Origin: the human T2T-CHM13v2.0 reference genome, Homo sapiens
DNA: 64,000 bases
Assembly: GCF_009914755.1 (NCBI RefSeq)
Contig: NC_060937.1
Direction: 5' to 3' (one strand)
Positions within the stretch are counted from its first letter, which is position 1. Every line of letters starts with the position of its first letter. The position numbers and the translations under genes are program-made. The notes under the pieces were generated by a model, which saw only the letters and a program-made list of their open reading frames with translations, was not told where the DNA came from and did no database searches. Shown here one piece after another: positions 1 to 18,691 of this stretch.

Positions 1-976
<976 letters not shown>

Positions 977-2244
977 CAAAAAGATGGAAAATTCCAAAAA
1001 CCAGAATGCCTCTTCTCCAAAGGATCACAACTCCTCACCAACAAGGGAACAAAACTGGATGGAGAATGAGTTTGACAAATGGACAGAAGTAGACTTCAGA
1101 AGGTGGGTAATAGCAAACTCCTCCAAGCTACAGGATCATTTTCTAACCCAATATAAGAAAGCTAAGAACCTTGAAAAAAGGGTAGAGGAATTGCTAACTA
1201 GAGTAATCAGTTTAGAGAAGAACATAAATGACCTGGTGGAGCTGAAAAACACAGCACGAGAACTTCGCAAAGCGTACACAAGTATCAATAGCCAAATTGA
1301 TCAAGTGGAAAAAGAATATCAGAGATTGAAGATCAACTTAATGAAATAAAGCATGAAGACAAGATTAAAGAAAAAAGAATGAAAAGCAATGAACAAAGCC
1401 TTCAAGAAATATGGGACTATATGAAAAGACCAAACTTACGTTGAATTGGTGTACCTGAAAGTGATGGGGAGAATGGAACCAACTTGGAAAACACTATTGA
1501 GGATATTATCCAGGAGAACTTCCCCAACCTAGCAAGACAGGCCAACATTCAAATTCAGGAAATACAGAGAATACCACAGAGATACTTCTCGAGAAGAACA
1601 ACCACAAGGCACATAATCATCAGATTCACCAAGGTTGAAATGAAGGAAAAAATGTTAAGAGCAGCCAGAGAGAAAGGTCGGGTTACCCACAAAGGGAAGC
1701 CCATCAGACTAACAGCAGATCTCTCTGCAGAGACCCTACAAGCCAGAAGAGAGTTGGGGGCAATAGTCAACATTTTTAAAGAAAAGAATTTTCAACCCAG
1801 AATTTCATATCCAGCCAAACTGAGCTTCAATAAGCAAAGGATAAATAAAATCCTTTACAGACAGGCGAATGCTGAGAGATTTTGTCACCACCAGGGCTGC
1901 CTTACAAGAGCTCCTGAAGGAAGCACTAAATATGAAAAGGAAAAACCAGTACCAGCCACTGTAAAAAACATACCAAATTGCAAAGACCATTGACACTATG
2001 AAGAAACTGCACCAACTGATGGGCAAAATAACCAGCTAGCATCATAATGACAGGATAAAATTCACACATAACAATATTAACCTTAAATGTAAATGGGCTT
2101 AATGCCCCAATTAAAAGACACAGAGTGGCAAATTGGATAGTCAAGACCCATTAGTGTGTTGTATTCAGGAGACCCATCTCACGTGCAAAGACACACATAG
2201 CTTCAAAATAAAGGGATGGAGGAATATTTACCAAGCAAATGGAA

Positions 2245-2276
<32 letters not shown>

Positions 2277-2788
2277 GCAGGGGCTGCAATCCTAGTCTCT
2301 GATAAAACAGACTTTAAATGAACAAAGATCAAAAAAGACAAGGGCATTACATAATGGTAAAGGGATTAATGCAACAAGAAGAGCTAACTATCCTAAATAT
2401 ATATGCACCCAATACAGGAGCACCCAGATTCATAAAGCAAGTTCTTAGAGACCTACAAAGAGACTTAGACTCCCACACAATAATAGTGGGAGACTTTAAC
2501 ACCCCACTCTCAATATTGGACAGACCAACATGACAGAAAATTAACAAGAGTATTCAGGACTTGAACTCAACTCTGGACCAAGCAGACCTAATAGACATCT
2601 ACAGAACTCTCCACCCCAAATCAACAGACTATACATTCTTCTCAGCACCACATCGCACTTATTCTAAAATTGACCACATAATTGGAAGTAAAACACCCCT
2701 CAGCAAATGCAAAAGAGCAGAAATCATAATAAACAGTCTCTCAGACCACAGTGCAATCAAATTAGAAATCAGGATTAAGAAACTCACT
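977..2788 (+). mobile_element. LINE-1 ORF1 plus ORF2 endonuclease region (inverted 5' segment), older L1PA (roughly PA7-PA10), frameshifted
   Basis: ORF track shows ORF1p fragments (984-1349 [17 protein letters not shown]..; 1484-1993 IIQENFPNLARQANIQIQEIQR..) and APE-endonuclease fragments (CCIQETHL, LNIYAPNTGAP, IVGDFNTPLS, SKIDHIIG, SLSDHSAIKLE). The ORF2 start atgacagga is near 2047 and there is an expanded A-tract at ~2248-2277. Confidence 0.96.
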
Positions 2789-4619
2789 ATTGAGTTTATT
2801 TTCAAAAATGATAAAATGTTCTATAAACTTATAAGAACATACACATTCCACTGGCATTCAGATTATATCAATGAAATCAGGGCAATTAAGGTAATAGTAA
2901 AACTGTCCTGGCAACCTTAGAAACTTGCCCAGAAACAAACCTTTCATGTGGATAGGTAGTTCCATTCCCCAGAAGCAGCCTGAGGCAACTGAGGCAACTA
3001 ACATGACCCCAAATGAGAAGCCGCCCAGCCAACTGGAGAGCTGGTGTAGGCTATCCATCAGCTGTCTCAAAGATCAGAGACCAGAGTTCACTTCTTTAGG
3101 TCTGCAGAATGGGCACCCTCTGCCATCATATTCTATTTATTTTTTTGGCCTGGGGGGAGATCATATCTCAATCTGTGGAGTGCAGCGGGGCCTCAGGTTT
3201 TGCACCTTTGGCTGAGGTCACAGTGGATTGCATACCAGCTATCAAGATTTCTACTTTCCTGCTGATGGGATTTCAGCAATTTGACATTCTCACCTAAGTC
3301 ACCTTCCCAGAGCATGATGTTGAGAGGTGTGACCCTGTTTCACAGCCACCAAGAGTAACATAACCAAAGGCTACTCAATGTTGGGCACCGGTCTCAGGGT
3401 GAAAAAGGTAAAGCTGACTCTTGATTGGCCACATACAGATTTCCAGGGAGAACTCATTGGCTTTTTCCCTCTTCACAGTTCTGCCTCTCTTGGCCTAGTT
3501 CTATGCTCAGGAGACCTACCTGCAAATCACTCAAATGGTTACTTTTGTTGCAGGATTATCAAGCATTACTTGTGCTTCCCATTAAAAAATGGGTTTGGTC
3601 CCAAAATGAGATAATACACTGTGCTGACTTCTCGTTTTGTTTGTGTCCTCAGGGGATCTTCTGTTTCCAATGTGGTGCAGAAAGGGCCCATTAGAAGGAA
3701 AATTTCTTTCCTTTGCATTTATAATGCTGATGAATAAATACTCTAAAAACATAAAAAATACTTTTTAAACAATGCAATAGCAATGAAAATGTTATATGTA
3801 TATAGGAAAAATGATAAATTACACAAATATAGACAGAAGTTATGTCAAGGGAGTGAAATTATGAGTGCTTTTGTCTCCATTTCCCAAAATGTACTTAAAC
3901 TTCTTGTGGAATAAATAAAATTATAGCATTCTAAAAACTTTCATCTACCCCTTGACATCTCAATTGGTTTGCAAAAGTGTGCATTATGACCTTGAAGACT
4001 GATGGGGATGTATGACGATAGTACTGTCCCATTGAAAGGCTGGTCCATTCTTCTGATGGAATGGGAAATCCTCCAGCACAGTCCAGCTTCCTATAAAGAT
4101 TAGCTAAAGAAAGAATTCATTCCCAGAAGTAAAGTGGCTTTCACGTACAGAAAAACATTCCTGATACACAGCACCTGAATCTGCCAAGTAAAATATATAT
4201 GCAAATATATACGTATACTTACATTTCAAATGTGTGGTTGCTAGGTACAAAAGTAAGAAATCTTTGGAGGGGAGAAAGGATGATAAAGTGCCAATAGAGA
4301 ATTTAAGAGGGCCAATAAGACAGCATTTTATAGGGACATTACACAATTCCTACTAGCTTAAATCATGGGCTTTAATGGATGTCAGGACAAGAGCCTCAAA
4401 AAGGGAGGTCACGTCAGATTCCTGAATAAAGCTGAACCCCTAAAAGGTGAAACACCAACCAAGACAGTTGGCAAACATACTTGTCTGTTTTGATTTTGGC
4501 TCTGGGTGGAGGGAGAATATAGAAAACTCTCTAATGACAAGCCCCTCTTTCTGTGAGCTTGAAGTCTCATTTCATCCAACTTTTGTAGCAAAAAAAAACT
4601 TTAAAAGAAGAAATAGACT

Positions 4620-6665
4620 GGCATAAAGTGCTTCTAGGGACCTTATAATTTTTCATAAATACAGTTACAAAGATCATGAAGTCACAAGCAAATATTACAA
4701 AACATATAAGGAAAAAAATTATGAGGAAGAGTCAGTGAACACACTCTTTATATGTAGAATAAAACCCACAGAAATTGCAGATATTAAAACAATTTTCTAA
4801 AGAACCAAAATAAACGTGTTCAATATTTTTAAGTGTATATTTTTAAATAATAAAAGAATGTGTTGAGAAGAAAAGCTTTAAAAATTAAATTTTAAACAAC
4901 CTTTTCCAACACATTTGACAAATGGAAAACTAACAAATTCGTAGAAAAATACCAACTGTCAAAACCAACTCAAGAACAAATTTCAAATGTCTGAATAGTC
5001 ATCAGCCCACTAAAGATATTTACTTAGTCCCACAAAGAAAACATCAGCTTCAGGTGGATCTTATAGATAAATTCTACCAAACACTGAAATGTTGTAGAAG
5101 TAAAATTTAATGATAATAGCCAATTCGAAATAGCCTGAAGAAAACCATTGCTTGAGAAAGTAGATTTTTATAAATTACCCCAAATGCAGTTAATGGAGAC
5201 AAAGATATAGAAAATATAAAACAGGGGTTAAGAAACATAGAGTGAGAGTGTCTAATATGCATTTCATTAGGGTCCCAGAAAGAGAATAAATAAATGTGAG
5301 AGAACGAAATTCAAAGAGAGAATGACTGTCAACTTTCTAAAATTAATAAGAGACAAATCTTCATATTCATAAATTCCCAAGAGTTCCAGGCAGTACAGTC
5401 AAGAGATGTTCATAATAAGGACACCACAGTAAAATGAAAGTGCACCAAAGATGCAGAGGAGATCTTATGTGGCTGGGGAGAAAACATGTCTGTAAAACAA
5501 TAGTAATTAGACGGACAGCTGACTTCTCAAAAGCAACAGTGGAAGTCAGACAGCAATAAATACATCTTCAAAATTCTGAATTGAAATAACGATAAACTCA
5601 GAATTTTAATAAAATATATTAGTAATAAAGAGCTTAAGCAGGTAAAACATAAGGAAGGATAAAGAAATTGAGAAGTTTGATCTAATGAATGTAATAAAGA
5701 ATGCGGCATTCAAAAACTGGAAAATGTTTATTCATTCTAAATATACATGGAATATATATATGAATATTGGTCACATGCTGGGTAAAAAAAAAAAAGAGAG
5801 ACAAATTTCAGAGGATCAGTTTGACCACATTCTCTAATCTAAATTCTAAGAAATTAGAAATCGAGGACAAATGAGAACACTCCTAAATAATGTGTGACTC
5901 CAAAATAAATTATAGTAGAAAAATTTAGTGCATAATGATAATAAAAATTAAGGTATTATTATGTGACTTAAACATGTAGAATGCATTAAGACATTAAGTG
6001 TAGGAGCATTCTTAAGTTTTTGAACTTATTAAAGAAGATGAGCTAAAAGGAAATTAGCTAAGCATCCAACTTAAGAAGTTAGAAAAAGACCAAAAAAATG
6101 AAACAAAGCAGAAAGAAATAATAGAAAGAGGTGATATAAAAGAAAGATATCTATATGTATGTATATATAACAGAGAGGATTAAACTAGACAAAAGAAGAT
6201 TTTTTGAACAAAGTGACTCATCCTTGACAAAATTATCAGTTAAAAAATTGAAGGCACAAATACATAAGAATGGATGAAAAAAGGAGCATGTTAGAGATGA
6301 AAAAGATTTTTTTTAAGTTAGATTAAATTACAAACAACGTTATGCCAATACGGTCAAAACGAGGAAAAAGTAAATAAATTCCTAGAAAAATATAGATCAC
6401 TGAAGCTGACTCAGGAAAAAAAAACTAAGTCATCATGTAACTGTTAAAGATATTAAATTAGTCATAAAAAAATTTCTGCAAAAAGAATTAACCATTTCAT
6501 GTGGGTTTTGTAATTCTACCAAATGTTTAATAAATCAAGAATTCCACCCTTACACAAACTGTTTCAGAGGACAGAAAAGAAGAAATTCTCCCCAAATCAA
6601 TTTATGATAATAATATATTCTTGATACAAAGCTAGACTAATAAGAAAAAACATTGATATTGGTGA
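4620..6665 (+). mobile_element. Old, highly degraded L1M fragments
   Basis: A-rich strand bias with remnant L1 motifs (acagctgacttctcaaaagcaacagtggaagtcagacagcaat; attctaccaaatgtttaa; aattcctagaaaaatata). Confidence 0.7.
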
Positions 6666-6669
6666 TAAC

Positions 6670-10395
<3,726 letters not shown>

Positions 10396-10526
10396 GCATA
10401 AGCAAAAAGAAAAGAAAAAACGCTAAACCAAATATTAGCAAACTGATCCCACAATGTATGAAAAGATAATAATACATTGTGGACAAGTTGGTTTACTCTA
10501 GGAATGAAAGATAAATTTTTTAAAAA

Positions 10527-10803
10527 ATTTTATTATTATTATACTTTAAGTTTTAGGGTACATGTGCACAACGTGCAGGTTTGTTACATACGTATACATG
10601 TGCCATGTTGGTGTGCTGCACCTATTAACTCGTCATTTAGCATTAGGTATATCTCCTAATGCTATCCCTCCCCCCTCCCCCCACCCCAAACAGTACCCTG
10701 TGTGTGATGTTCCCCTTCCTGTGTCCATGTGTTCTCATTGCTCAATTCCCATCTATGAGTGAGAACATGCGGTGCTTGGTTTTTTGTCCTTGCGATAGTT
10801 TGC
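10527..10803 (-). mobile_element. Young L1PA (PA3-PA5-like) 3' end, 5'-truncated
   Basis: Canonical L1PA 3'UTR reverse complement (ttattattatactttaagttttagggtacatgtgcacaacgtgcagg). taaatttt on both sides (~10513, ~10804) is a candidate TSD. Confidence 0.95.
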
Positions 10804-11511
10804 TAAATTTTATATTAGAAAATTCACTCAAATAATTTGGCACTTTAATATATTAAAGAGAAATGCCCATATTATGATCTCAATATACGTGGAAAATTTT
10901 TCAGGAGTATTTTATTGATCTGCTTCTACATCTTCTATTCAATATTTTACTGGAGAATCTGGCAATCCAAATAAGCTAAGAAGAAGAAATAAATAATGTA
11001 AGTTTTGGAAGTGACAATATTTTTAAAATCCTTATCAATAAATGATAATTTATATTAAAATATAGAATCTACAAGACAATTGTCAAAAATTAATAAAGGA
11101 TCTTGGCAAAGTTATATTGACTTGTGATCAATTAACAAAAATCCATTCCATTTCTATATACCAAGGGCAAACAAATTTAATTTTAAAAAGGTACTATCTA
11201 CAGGAGCAATGAAAAATCATGTTTCTACAAATATATCCGGCAAACATGTATATAAGACCTCAATGGAAGAAATTTTAAAACTATGTTAAAAGACACTAAA
11301 AACTAACCTAATAAAATAGAAACACATCAGATATATATTAATAGATAGGAAGACTCACTACTGAAATCACATCAACTCTACCACAAGTAAATTCATGAAA
11401 TTAATCCAATTCTAAGTAAAATGCAAATAAATATTTTATGGAATTTGACAAGTTGGTTGCAAAGTATATACGGAAGTTCAAGTACCCAATAATTAAGACA
11501 CTCTTTAAAAC

Positions 11512-12020
<509 letters not shown>

Positions 12021-12379
12021 GAAGACACTTTTGAAAAAAGAGAGCAAGGTGAGGGCATCTGTGCTGCCCAGTATCAAAGTCCATTAAAACAACTGTGTGC
12101 AGTACTGGAGCACACTGAGCAATGGAACCAAAAAGAGAATGAAGAAACTGACCTATGATTATGGAAAATTTGATTTACTGCCATCTCTACTGTAGATCTG
12201 TGGAAAAATTTGGACTTTTCACTGATTTAAATATATGAAAGTGAATCCATACTTCATACCATACACATACACAAAATTCATTCCAGATAGACCAAGTTTT
12301 TAAATGACAAAGGCAAACTCAAAAAACAAACAAACAAACAAAAAGAACAAATAGGCAAACCCAAACTCCAAAAAACAAA

Positions 12380-12650
12380 GAGGATTTGGAGAAGCAGCTC
12401 TGGTAGGGTTAGGAGCCATGGCCTTGGAGATTTGCTGCCTCAATTCCAATCCCTGCTTCATCACTTACTAGATTCTTGGTATTGGGCAAATTATTGAATT
12501 TCTCCAAGCCCATAATAATGGGGTAGTATCAATTATTATAGGTACTCCTGTAGTAATGGGGTAGTAATAATGCCTGCCTCCCACATTTTTTGGAAAGCTT
12601 AAATGAGATCCTTTCTGTAAAATGTTCAGTACAGGACATGGCAAACTTTC
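12380..12650 (+). mobile_element. MIR SINE (degraded)
   Basis: aattccaatccctgcttcatcactta..ttgggcaaattattgaatttctc..ttaaatgagat..aaaatgttcagtacaggacatggc core pattern. Confidence 0.6.
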
Positions 12651-13019
12651 AATCATGCTGTTATGACAATGTGATGGCTATGTTGGCATTTGTGGGACAC
12701 TCGGGGAGCCAGAGCCATATTTCCTGGAGAAAAGAAGAACACTGTGACTCTCTTTATTTATTTGATGCCCTGGGGAAGGAGGCATAGGTTTTCATGGTAT
12801 CCCAGTGGAAAGAAGTAGTACTGCAGGGTACAAATGTCAGCATAAAAATGAAATGCTTCACCATCTATGACAGACGAACAGCTATTTATTACCAATTTCT
12901 CATGAGTGAAATCATAAAATCATGGAATGATAGAGCTAGATGGAGCCTTAGAAAGTATCTAGCGGGATGATTTTCTGCTTATTTTATTCACGGGCACTTA
13001 CCTCTAATGAAAACTCTCA

Positions 13020-13175
13020 AGAATAATAATTGCTAAACTTTATAAATTCTTCCTATGGGCTAGAAGTGTTCGGCATACATGATTTATCCTTACAACTCTC
13101 CCATGAAGCAAGCACCATTAGTGGGCCCGTTTTACAGATAAGGAAACTGAGGTCATCTTGTTAGTAAGTGGCACA
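13020..13175 (-). mobile_element. MIR SINE (degraded)
   Basis: tttatccttacaactctcccatgaagc..cccgttttacagataaggaaactgagg. Confidence 0.65.
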
Positions 13176-13763
13176 CTTGAAGCCCAGTATGTAAAATGGA
13201 GAAGTGTGAATTATTCTGGGGGATGTGTGTATGGAAGTGCACAAGCTTAGCCCATCTGTTCCTGCACATACACACACCTCCAGCTTTTCAGCTACCCCTG
13301 CAGGATGCCCAGATCCAATTTCAAAATCAGTTTTGCAAATCAAAGATGAGGCCCAGAGCCGCTCAGGGATCCACCCAGCAGCAGGCAGTGGCCAAGGGAG
13401 GACGTGGACACCATGGCACTCCAGCTCCTCCTTACACTCCTGCCAAGGTGAAGAACAGTCAGGTTGGCCCCTCTTAGGGAGGACAGAAAAGGGGAGTTTC
13501 AACCAAGAGAAACTAGAGCAGCCACTGAAAAAAATCTCTGCAGCACTGAGACTCCACAGTTCTCAGACGGGAGAGATGAGGTCCTGCCTCCCCTCCCACT
13601 TTTCTTAATCCTCTTCAATTCATAGCAGAGAGCAGCACTAAGGCACATAATTTATCACCACCATGATTTTCTTCCTAAAACACTCTGTCTTCTAATCACA
13701 TCATGGCACCAATACGTGGAGGTGGAGCTCGTGGCCTGCAGCAAGGGTGTTCCCGTGTCCTGG

Positions 13764-14090
13764 GGAGTAATCACACTCAGTGAAAGAGGCGTGGAGGGTT
13801 AGAGCACAGCTGACCAGGGAGACTCTGGGATCTCCTGTCTTCTTTTAAGTTTTTGTTTATTTAGTTTTGAGTGGAGTAATCACACTCAGTGAAAGAGGCG
13901 TGGAGGGTTAGAACACAGCTGACCAGGGAGACTCTGGGATCTCCTGTCTTCTTTTAAGTTTTTATTTATTTAGTTTTGAGTGGAGTAATCACACTCAGTG
14001 AAAGAGGCGTGGAGGGTTAGAACACAGCTGACCAGGGAGACTCTGGGATCTCCTGTCTTCTTTTAAGTTTTTATTTATTTAGTTTTGAGT
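13764..14090. repeat. Tandem triplication, 3 x 109 bp
   Basis: The unit ggagtaatcacactcagtg...tttagttttgagt starts at 13764, 13873 and 13982. Copies 2 and 3 look identical; copy 1 differs at 2 positions. Confidence 0.97.
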
Positions 14091-14885
14091 TTACATACAG
14101 TAAAACCCACTCATTTGGTATACAGTTCTAGGAGATTTGATGAAGGTGTAGAAACTTAACCACCACCACAATCAAGATACAGAACAACTCCATCACCCCA
14201 GATGATTCCACATGCTGCCCTTCTGTGGCCAGCCCTGCTCCACTCATCTATCCTCCACCTCTGTTGCCTTTTCCAGAAAGAAAGGTTTCAGAATGAAACC
14301 ACAGAGAAGGACATCTTTGAGTCTAGCTACTTTCAGTGGCATAAGGCAAATCCATCAGTCCTGTTGCATGCGTCAACAGTGTGTTCCTGTTTATTACTGA
14401 GTAGTGTTCCATTGCATGGATATGCCACAGCCTGCTTATCCATTTGCCCACAGAGGAGTTTGGTTTAATCGATTTTCAGTTTGAAGCCATTATGAATAGA
14501 GCCGCTACAAATATTTACATACTTAGAAAGTGTAAGCATAGTTTTCCTTGTTTTCGTTTTTTTTAACTTGATTAAACAGGTAGGCAGGATTGCTAATTTG
14601 GTAGATGTATGTTTAACTTGAAAAGAAGTCATCAAACAGCTTTCTAAAGTGGCTGCACTGCTCTGCACCAGCGCCTTTAGTGTGTGAGCTTCTGTTCTTT
14701 TGCATCCTAGCTGGGACTTGGTATTATCAGATTTTTAACTTTACCCACTTGTGGTGGCATCATCTGGTAGATTGAATTGGCATTTCCCTAATGCTTGACA
14801 ATGTTAATGCATCTTTTCATGTTCCATTTGCTATCAGTATATCCTGTTTGATGAAGTGTCTTTCAAGTCTTTTGCCCATTTTAAA
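14070..14885 (-). mobile_element. Old L1M (MB/ME-like) 3' region
   Basis: tttacatacagtaaaa..aaccaccaccacaatcaagatacagaac..actgagtagtgttccattgcatggatatgccaca..tttctaaagtggctgcac..gaagtgtctttcaagtcttttgcccattt. Confidence 0.8.
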
Positions 14886-14895
14886 AAACAGTCTT

Positions 14896-15217
14896 GGCCT
14901 GGCACGGTGGTTCACGCCTGTAATCCCAGCACTATGGGAGGCTGAGGCTGGCAGTTCACTTGAGGTCAGGAGTTGGAGACAAGCCTGGCCAACATGGTGA
15001 AACCCCATCTCTACTAAAAATACAAAATTAGCCAGTTATGGTGGTGCACGCCTGTAATCCCAGCAACTCAGGAAGCTGAGGTGGGAGAATTGCTTGGACA
15101 GGGAGTCACAGGTTGCAGTGAGCCAAGATCATGCCACTGCACTCCAGCCTGGGTGACAGAGCAAGACTCTGTCTCAGAGAAAAACAAAACACAAAAAGCA
15201 AACACACACACACACAC
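14896..15217 (+). mobile_element. AluS
   Basis: Full dimer ggcctggcacggtggttcacgcc...gactctgtctc with an A/CA tail. Confidence 0.95.
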
Positions 15218-15219
15218 AT

Positions 15220-15635
15220 TTATTTTTTAGAGAAGTGTTAGATTCACAGCAAAACTGAGTGGAAGGTGCAGAATTTCCCATAGATCTCCTCCTCTTAGAG
15301 TTAAAAATTTCATGATTTTGCATTTTACACTTAGTTCTATGATACAGTTTGAGTCTACTTTTGTATTTATTCCATATGGTTTTCTCATTATTTTAGCACA
15401 ATTTTTAAAAAGATTATCCATCCTCCATGGATCTGCTTTTGCACCTTTGTCAAAAATCAATGGACCGTATTTGTGTGGGTCTCTTACTAGACTCTCCATT
15501 CTGTTCCATTGATTGATGTGTCTATTCTTTTGCCAGTGCCAGACTGAGTGATTGCAGTTGCTTTAGAGTAAATCTTGAAATCAGATCATGTGAGTCCTCC
15601 ACGTTTCTTCCTTTTCAATTTCTACTTTTTGGCTA
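15220..15635 (-). mobile_element. L1M fragments
   Basis: ORF 15227-15499 (-) contains the ORF2-like PHKYGPLIFDKGAK..DNLFK. Confidence 0.7.
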
Positions 15636-16339
15636 TTTCCCCAGCCCTTTTTTAACTAGTATAGTTCTGCTTTTATCTGCTTTATACAATGAACATCACT
15701 GGCCTGCAGAATATGCCCTAACTGACTCAGCCTGCATTCACATGGCCACATGATTCTCCAGCCCACTGGCCAACCCCACAGCAAGAACTCCCTTCTCTGG
15801 CCACATGTTCCTATCTTGGACAGTGAGCTTCCTGACTGAAGCAGCCTTTGTGTACCGCTTCATCCTAAATCAACTCTTCCAAGCCTATGACTGCCCCTCA
15901 GGCAACATCTCCACAAAGTCCTCTCTGATACCTTCACAACACAACCATTCTCCCATCTCAATGCCTCTAAAGTGCTTTTTCAGGCACTGCCTGATCCCTT
16001 TATATGGATCTGAACCCTGGTGACCTGAGAATAGCATGTGGGAATTGGTAAACTACAGAGTCTTCACACATTGACCCTCTCTCTGAGAGCCTCTGTGGGT
16101 GGGGCCCGAGATACTGAATGTTTCACATTGGCCAGATGATTGTGTGGCCATCAGGGTTGGAACCTCTTCTCTGCAGGGAGCCCCGAGCTACTGATATTGC
16201 TGAGTCTCTTTCTCATGGATCTGTGAACATGTTTTGTCTCCACTTGTGCATAGAGACCTTATCTTGCCTTCTGTGATGTCCCAAACTCTTTTCCTGCTCT
16301 TCTATTTTTTTGAATCCATATCTTTATAGATAGCTTTTG

Positions 16340-16460
16340 ATTGAAAACTATGGTTGTAATTCAAAACTATACAGCAGAGCTGAGTAGTTGCAATGGAGAT
16401 TGTATGACCCACAAAACCAAAGACATTTACTAACTGGCCTTTTGCAGGAAATCCAACCGC
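16340..16460. mobile_element. MER58-like hAT MITE fragment
   Basis: gcagagctgagtagttgcaatggagattgtatgacccacaaaaccaaagacatttactaactggccttttgcaggaaa. Confidence 0.65.
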
Positions 16461-16980
16461 TGTTCTATCGTAGAAGGAGCAGTGACTCTCAATCCTGGTT
16501 GGGTAGCAGAACCCCATGGAAGCTCCCAGTGCTCAGGCCTACTGAATCCCACCACCCAGGGGAATTGGTAAACTTTGAAAGTTCTCAGGGAGGCCCCCTT
16601 GCAGTCCACCCTGCCTGTGAGAATGACAGGCATGGGTAGGCTACCGAGGCCACCCTGGCTCTGCTCCTAACTTGCCTGTGGCCTTGGGTGAGTCTTCACG
16701 CCTCTCCACACCACTTCCATTTCTCATCAATAGAGGGGCTAATTGAAGTAAAGACTCTTGAAGGACTCCTTCAATGGGAACACTCTGGAGTCCTGTATTC
16801 TGGTAGCATTTGTCATAATTAGGTTATTTAATGATGAGGTACCTGATATGAATGGCCTGCAGAATATGCCCCAACTATGCCTTCATCAAATCTCCTAGAA
16901 CTGTGTACCAAACGAGTGAGTTTCACAGCACGTGCTCACTCTGTGCTCACTGTGTGTTCGTAACAACAATGATTTGGTAA

Positions 16981-17360
16981 TGTGGAGGCTGTGTGCCTCC
17001 CAAATTCATACATTGAAGCCCTAACCCCCAGTACCTCAGAATGTGACTATATTTAGAAATAGGGTCTGTAAGCAGGTGATGAAGTTAAAACGAGGTCATT
17101 AGGATGAGCCCACATATGACTGGAGTCCTTATAAGAAAAATAAATATGAACACAGATGGGCACAGAGGGACAGCCACTTGAGGACATAGGGAGAAGGCGG
17201 CCATCTGCAAGCCAAAGAGAGAGGCCTCAAGAGAAACCAGCCCCACCGACACCTTGGTCTCAGACTTCCCAGCCTCCAGAACCGTGAGAAATAAATTTCT
17301 GTGGTTTAAGCCACCCAGTCTGTAGTGCTTCTTAATAGAAGCCCTGGGAAGCTAATACAG
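16981..17360 (+). mobile_element. MaLR solo LTR (MLT1A/B-like)
   Basis: tgtgtgcctcccaaattcatacattgaagccctaacccccagtacctcagaatgtgact..cagcctccagaaccgtgagaaataaatttctg..gctaataca. Confidence 0.9.
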
Positions 17361-18032
17361 GGGGTTTGGCTGAAGAAAAACAGTTGGATTTAAGACTGCA
17401 GTGTGCTGACATCGGCTCCCATAGTTAACCAGAGCAATTCCTCCTGTGCGACTGCTGGATCCAGCCCTTCCGCCAGCTCAGCACCTCCCTCGGGATTGCA
17501 CAATGCTTTGTCAGTTGAGCCACTAGCAAGCCCAGCCAGGTCTATTTGAAACGGTAAACAAAAACTCAGCCCCACACAATAGTGACATTTACTGCCCTCA
17601 TGTTCATTCTCAGAATCTTCCACTGCAGTTGGAACATATTAGTCAGAGTCCTTTGAAAGCTGATGCAACGTGGGCCTGGAACTCTCAGAACAAGGCGTGA
17701 TTGTGCTAGAACTGGATCGCAGAGCCAGTGTGCCTGGTGAGCCAATACCTGCACCGTTGTCTGCTTGACTCGAGGAGAGGCCACAGCCCCTGCTTCCCCT
17801 TCAGCAACCTGATGGCAGGAGCTTCATTTCTGCTGCGAGTGAGCAGGCTGCCAATCATTCTCATGCCTGCCCTTGTCTGCTAAATGCCATAGTCGTAAAT
17901 GTTCAAAGGCTGATCTGACCAGCATTCACTTCTATTTAGCGCCATGTCTGGTCTGTGCTTCTGATCATCCTGCCTGCTCTCCCCCTAGGGTTTGTGGCTG
18001 GGGCTTACTTTCAAAGCTTTAAGATGTTTAGG

Positions 18033-18208
18033 ATTTTTCTTTTTTCTTTTTTTCTTTTTCTTTTTTTTTTTTTGAAACAGGGTCTCACTCTGTCACCCAG
18101 GCTGGAGTGCAGTGGGGCAATCATGGCTCACCCCAGCCTTGACCTCCTGGCCTCGAGCCATGCCTCCCAAAGTCCTGAGATTACAAGTGTGAGCCACTGC
18201 GCTTGGCC
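18033..18208 (-). mobile_element. Monomer-length AluJ-like element (left-arm 5' end fused to right arm)
   Basis: ~135-bp body plus T-tail, with candidate TSD aggatttttct / aggaaatttct. Confidence 0.85.
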
Positions 18209-18283
18209 AGGAAATTTCTTAGAACTGGGTTACGCTTGCAACCCCATTCCCCAAAATTCCTTCTATCAAAAATAAGAGAAAAG

Positions 18284-18691
<408 letters not shown>

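Noticed and set aside
13764-14090. Regularly spaced repeats as a CRISPR-like array
   Set aside because: The units are contiguous with no unique spacers; this is a simple tandem triplication.
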